Shown here in pieces: positions 62,652 to 64,000 of a DNA stretch of 64,000 bases. Below the pieces are notes generated by a model that saw nothing but the letters and a program-made list of their open reading frames with translations, searched no databases and had not been told where the DNA came from. The stretch comes from Acidobacteriota bacterium (GTDB lineage Bacteria; Acidobacteriota; Thermoanaerobaculia; Multivoradales; Multivoraceae). Made by a program: the position numbers and the translations under genes. The stretch is from the NCBI GenBank assembly GCA_026708285.1, contig JAPOVF010000270.1:94-64093 (forward strand), read 5' to 3'. How positions within the stretch are numbered: position 1 is the stretch's first letter; every line of letters begins with the position of its first letter.

Positions 62652-63773
62652 ATGACGAGAGCGCTGAGGACGGTCCTGTACAGGTGTCACGTGGAATCGG
62701 GGGCTCGTTTCGGGCCGTACGCCGGCTACGAGATGCCGATTCAGTATCAGGGAGTGCTCGCCGAGCACCGCGCGGTGCGGGAACGCGCCGGCATGTTCGA
62801 TGTCTCCCACATGGGGGAGATCAGCGTGCGGGGTCCCCGTGCCCTGTCCCTGCTGCAGGGGTTGACGCCGAACAACGTGGACGCGCTCGCGCCCGGACGT
62901 GCCCACTACAGCGCCCTCCTGACCGCGCGAGGCACCTTCATCGACGATCTCCTGGTCTATCGCCTGGGCGAGGAGGACTTCCTCCTCGTGGTCAACGCCG
63001 CCTCCCGCGCGCGCGACCTGGAATTGGTCCAGGCGGCGGCGCAGGTGGAGGAGGACGTCCGCGTCGATGACCTTTCCGGCGAGACGGCGCTGATCGCGGT
63101 GCAGGGCCCGGAGGCGGCCGGGATCGTGGCGGACGTCGTCGGCTCCGAGGCGTCGGAACTCCGCTACTACTCCTTCCTCCAGCAGGCGTCGGAGGGCCGG
63201 CTGGTGTCCCGGACCGGCTACACCGGCGAGGACGGGTTCGAGATCTATACCCCGAACGAGAGCGCGGAGACGCTGTGGCTGGAACTGCTGGAGCGGGGCG
63301 GCGACCGCGGTCTGGTGCCGGCCGGACTGGGCGCCAGGGACACGCTGCGGCTGGAAGCCGGGATGATGCTCTGCGGCCAGGACATCGATGAGACGACGAC
63401 GCCGATCGAGGCGGGGCTGTCGTGGATGGTCAAGTGGAAGAAGGGCGACTTCGTGGGTCGCGAGGCGCTGGCGCGCCAGCGTCAGGGCGGTTGCCGCCAC
63501 CGACTCGTCGGGTTCGAAGTCGTTGGCCGCGGCATCGCCCGCCACGGCCACCGTCTGACGGTCAGTGACCGGCCGGGCTGCGCCGGGCCTGTGACCAGCG
63601 GCGCCTTCGCGCCGACCCTGGGACGGGCGATCGGCATCGCGCGAGTGGACTGTGGCGACGGCGACGTCCCCGAACCCGGTGCCGCCGCTTCGGTGGAGGT
63701 TCGCGGCAGGGAGATCGCCTGCCGTATCGTCAAGCTACCCTTTTACCTTCGCCCCAAGACCAGTGGAGGTTGA
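62652..63773 (+). CDS. gcvT: glycine cleavage system aminomethyltransferase (T protein)
   Basis: LYRCHVESGARFGPYAGYEMPIQYQGVLAEHRAVRERAGMFDVSHMGEI...GYTGEDGFEI...ARDTLRLEAGM. Confidence 0.93.
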   Translation: MTRALRTVLYRCHVESGARFGPYAGYEMPIQYQGVLAEHRAVRERAGMFDVSHMGEISVRGPRALSLLQGLTPNNVDALAPGRAHYSALLTARGTFIDDLLVYRLGEEDFLLVVNAASRARDLELVQAAAQVEEDVRVDDLSGETALIAVQGPEAAGIVADVVGSEASELRYYSFLQQASEGRLVSRTGYTGEDGFEIYTPNESAETLWLELLERGGDRGLVPAGLGARDTLRLEAGMMLCGQDIDETTTPIEAGLSWMVKWKKGDFVGREALARQRQGGCRHRLVGFEVVGRGIARHGHRLTVSDRPGCAGPVTSGAFAPTLGRAIGIARVDCGDGDVPEPGAAASVEVRGREIACRIVKLPFYLRPKTSGG

Positions 63774-63781
63774 CCGCTTCG

Positions 63782-64000
63782 ATGATTCCCGACGACCGCC
63801 TGTACACGGAGCAGCACGAATGGCTCAAGCTGGAGGACGGCGAGGCCGTGCTCGGCATCACGGACTTTGCCCAGCAGGAACTCGGCGACGTCGTGTTCGT
63901 CGAGATGCCGGCGGCGGGCCAGGCATTTGAGGCCGGCTTCGAGATCGGCGCCATCGAATCGGTCAAGGCGGTCGCCGAGATCTACACGCCGGTCGGCGGA
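63782..64000 (+). CDS. gcvH: glycine cleavage system H protein, 3' end cut by window edge
   Basis: Not in the ORF track because it runs off the edge. ATG 63782. MIPDDRLYTEQHEWLKLEDGEAVLGITDFAQQELGDVVFVEMP...IESVKAV contains the lipoyl-lysine motif. Confidence 0.88.
   Translation, partial: MIPDDRLYTEQHEWLKLEDGEAVLGITDFAQQELGDVVFVEMPAAGQAFEAGFEIGAIESVKAVAEIYTPVGG

Noticed and set aside
60885-63551. Very long N-terminal extensions of track ORFs: 60885..63551, 40992..44372, 34342..37911, 12082..15294, 10022..11509, 15485..16531, 26998..28023, 28685..30133, 4918..7005, 58104..59591, 59309..60862, 601..1866 and 1722..2750.
   Set aside because: The extensions overlap neighbouring, well-supported genes on the same or the opposite strand and lack family motifs. 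Internal starts give canonical N-termini, often with SD sequences or 4-nt stop/start overlaps. All were trimmed.

Overview
High-GC (by eye, not computed), very gene-dense chromosomal segment from a diderm bacterium: LPS genes lpxC, lpxK and waaA and a secretin are present. Phylum cannot be fixed from sequence alone. I support about 55 CDS, one tRNA-Ala(CGC), one sigma-54-type promoter and a few small repeats or hairpins. All calls come from reading the ORF-track translations and the nucleotides by eye. No searches were run, so family names are motif-level recognitions.

Most of the window is housekeeping:
- dTDP-sugar genes rfbB, rfbA, rfbC
- TCA genes gltA and acnA, with queE between them
- dut, polA, uvrA, smpB, selB, pcnB, pcm
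- gcvT and gcvH
- an M16 peptidase pair
- an NtrY/NtrX-type two-component system

Many long ORFs in the track are antisense or upstream-extension artefacts of the GC-rich sequence. These were trimmed or rejected.

Four regions deserve a second look:
1. 15485-27708 (minus strand). A 13-gene, almost fully overlap-coupled chain headed by an ECF sigma factor and an HxxxCxxC anti-sigma factor. It encodes a hybrid T2SS / type IV pilus-like machine. Parts are a mini-secretin-like protein, GspF, GspE, PilM/N/O/P-like proteins, a lipobox+TPR+secretin+cohesin-like fusion, and three pseudopilins.
2. 49949-54435. A GAF-domain bEBP with a degenerate GAFTGA loop, a near-consensus sigma-54 promoter, a small membrane ORF with atypical codons, and a partner-switching trio with no sigma factor nearby.
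3. 3363-7005. A DUF4301-type protein with UDP-sugar-pyrophosphorylase-like motifs. It is overlap-coupled to a TVP38 membrane protein and a CxxxxC flavoprotein, directly after rfbBAC and without rfbD.
4. 60885-62618. A secreted double sCache-like protein ending in two copies of an unnamed Cys-containing module.

No CRISPR array, transposase, integrase or rRNA was seen.
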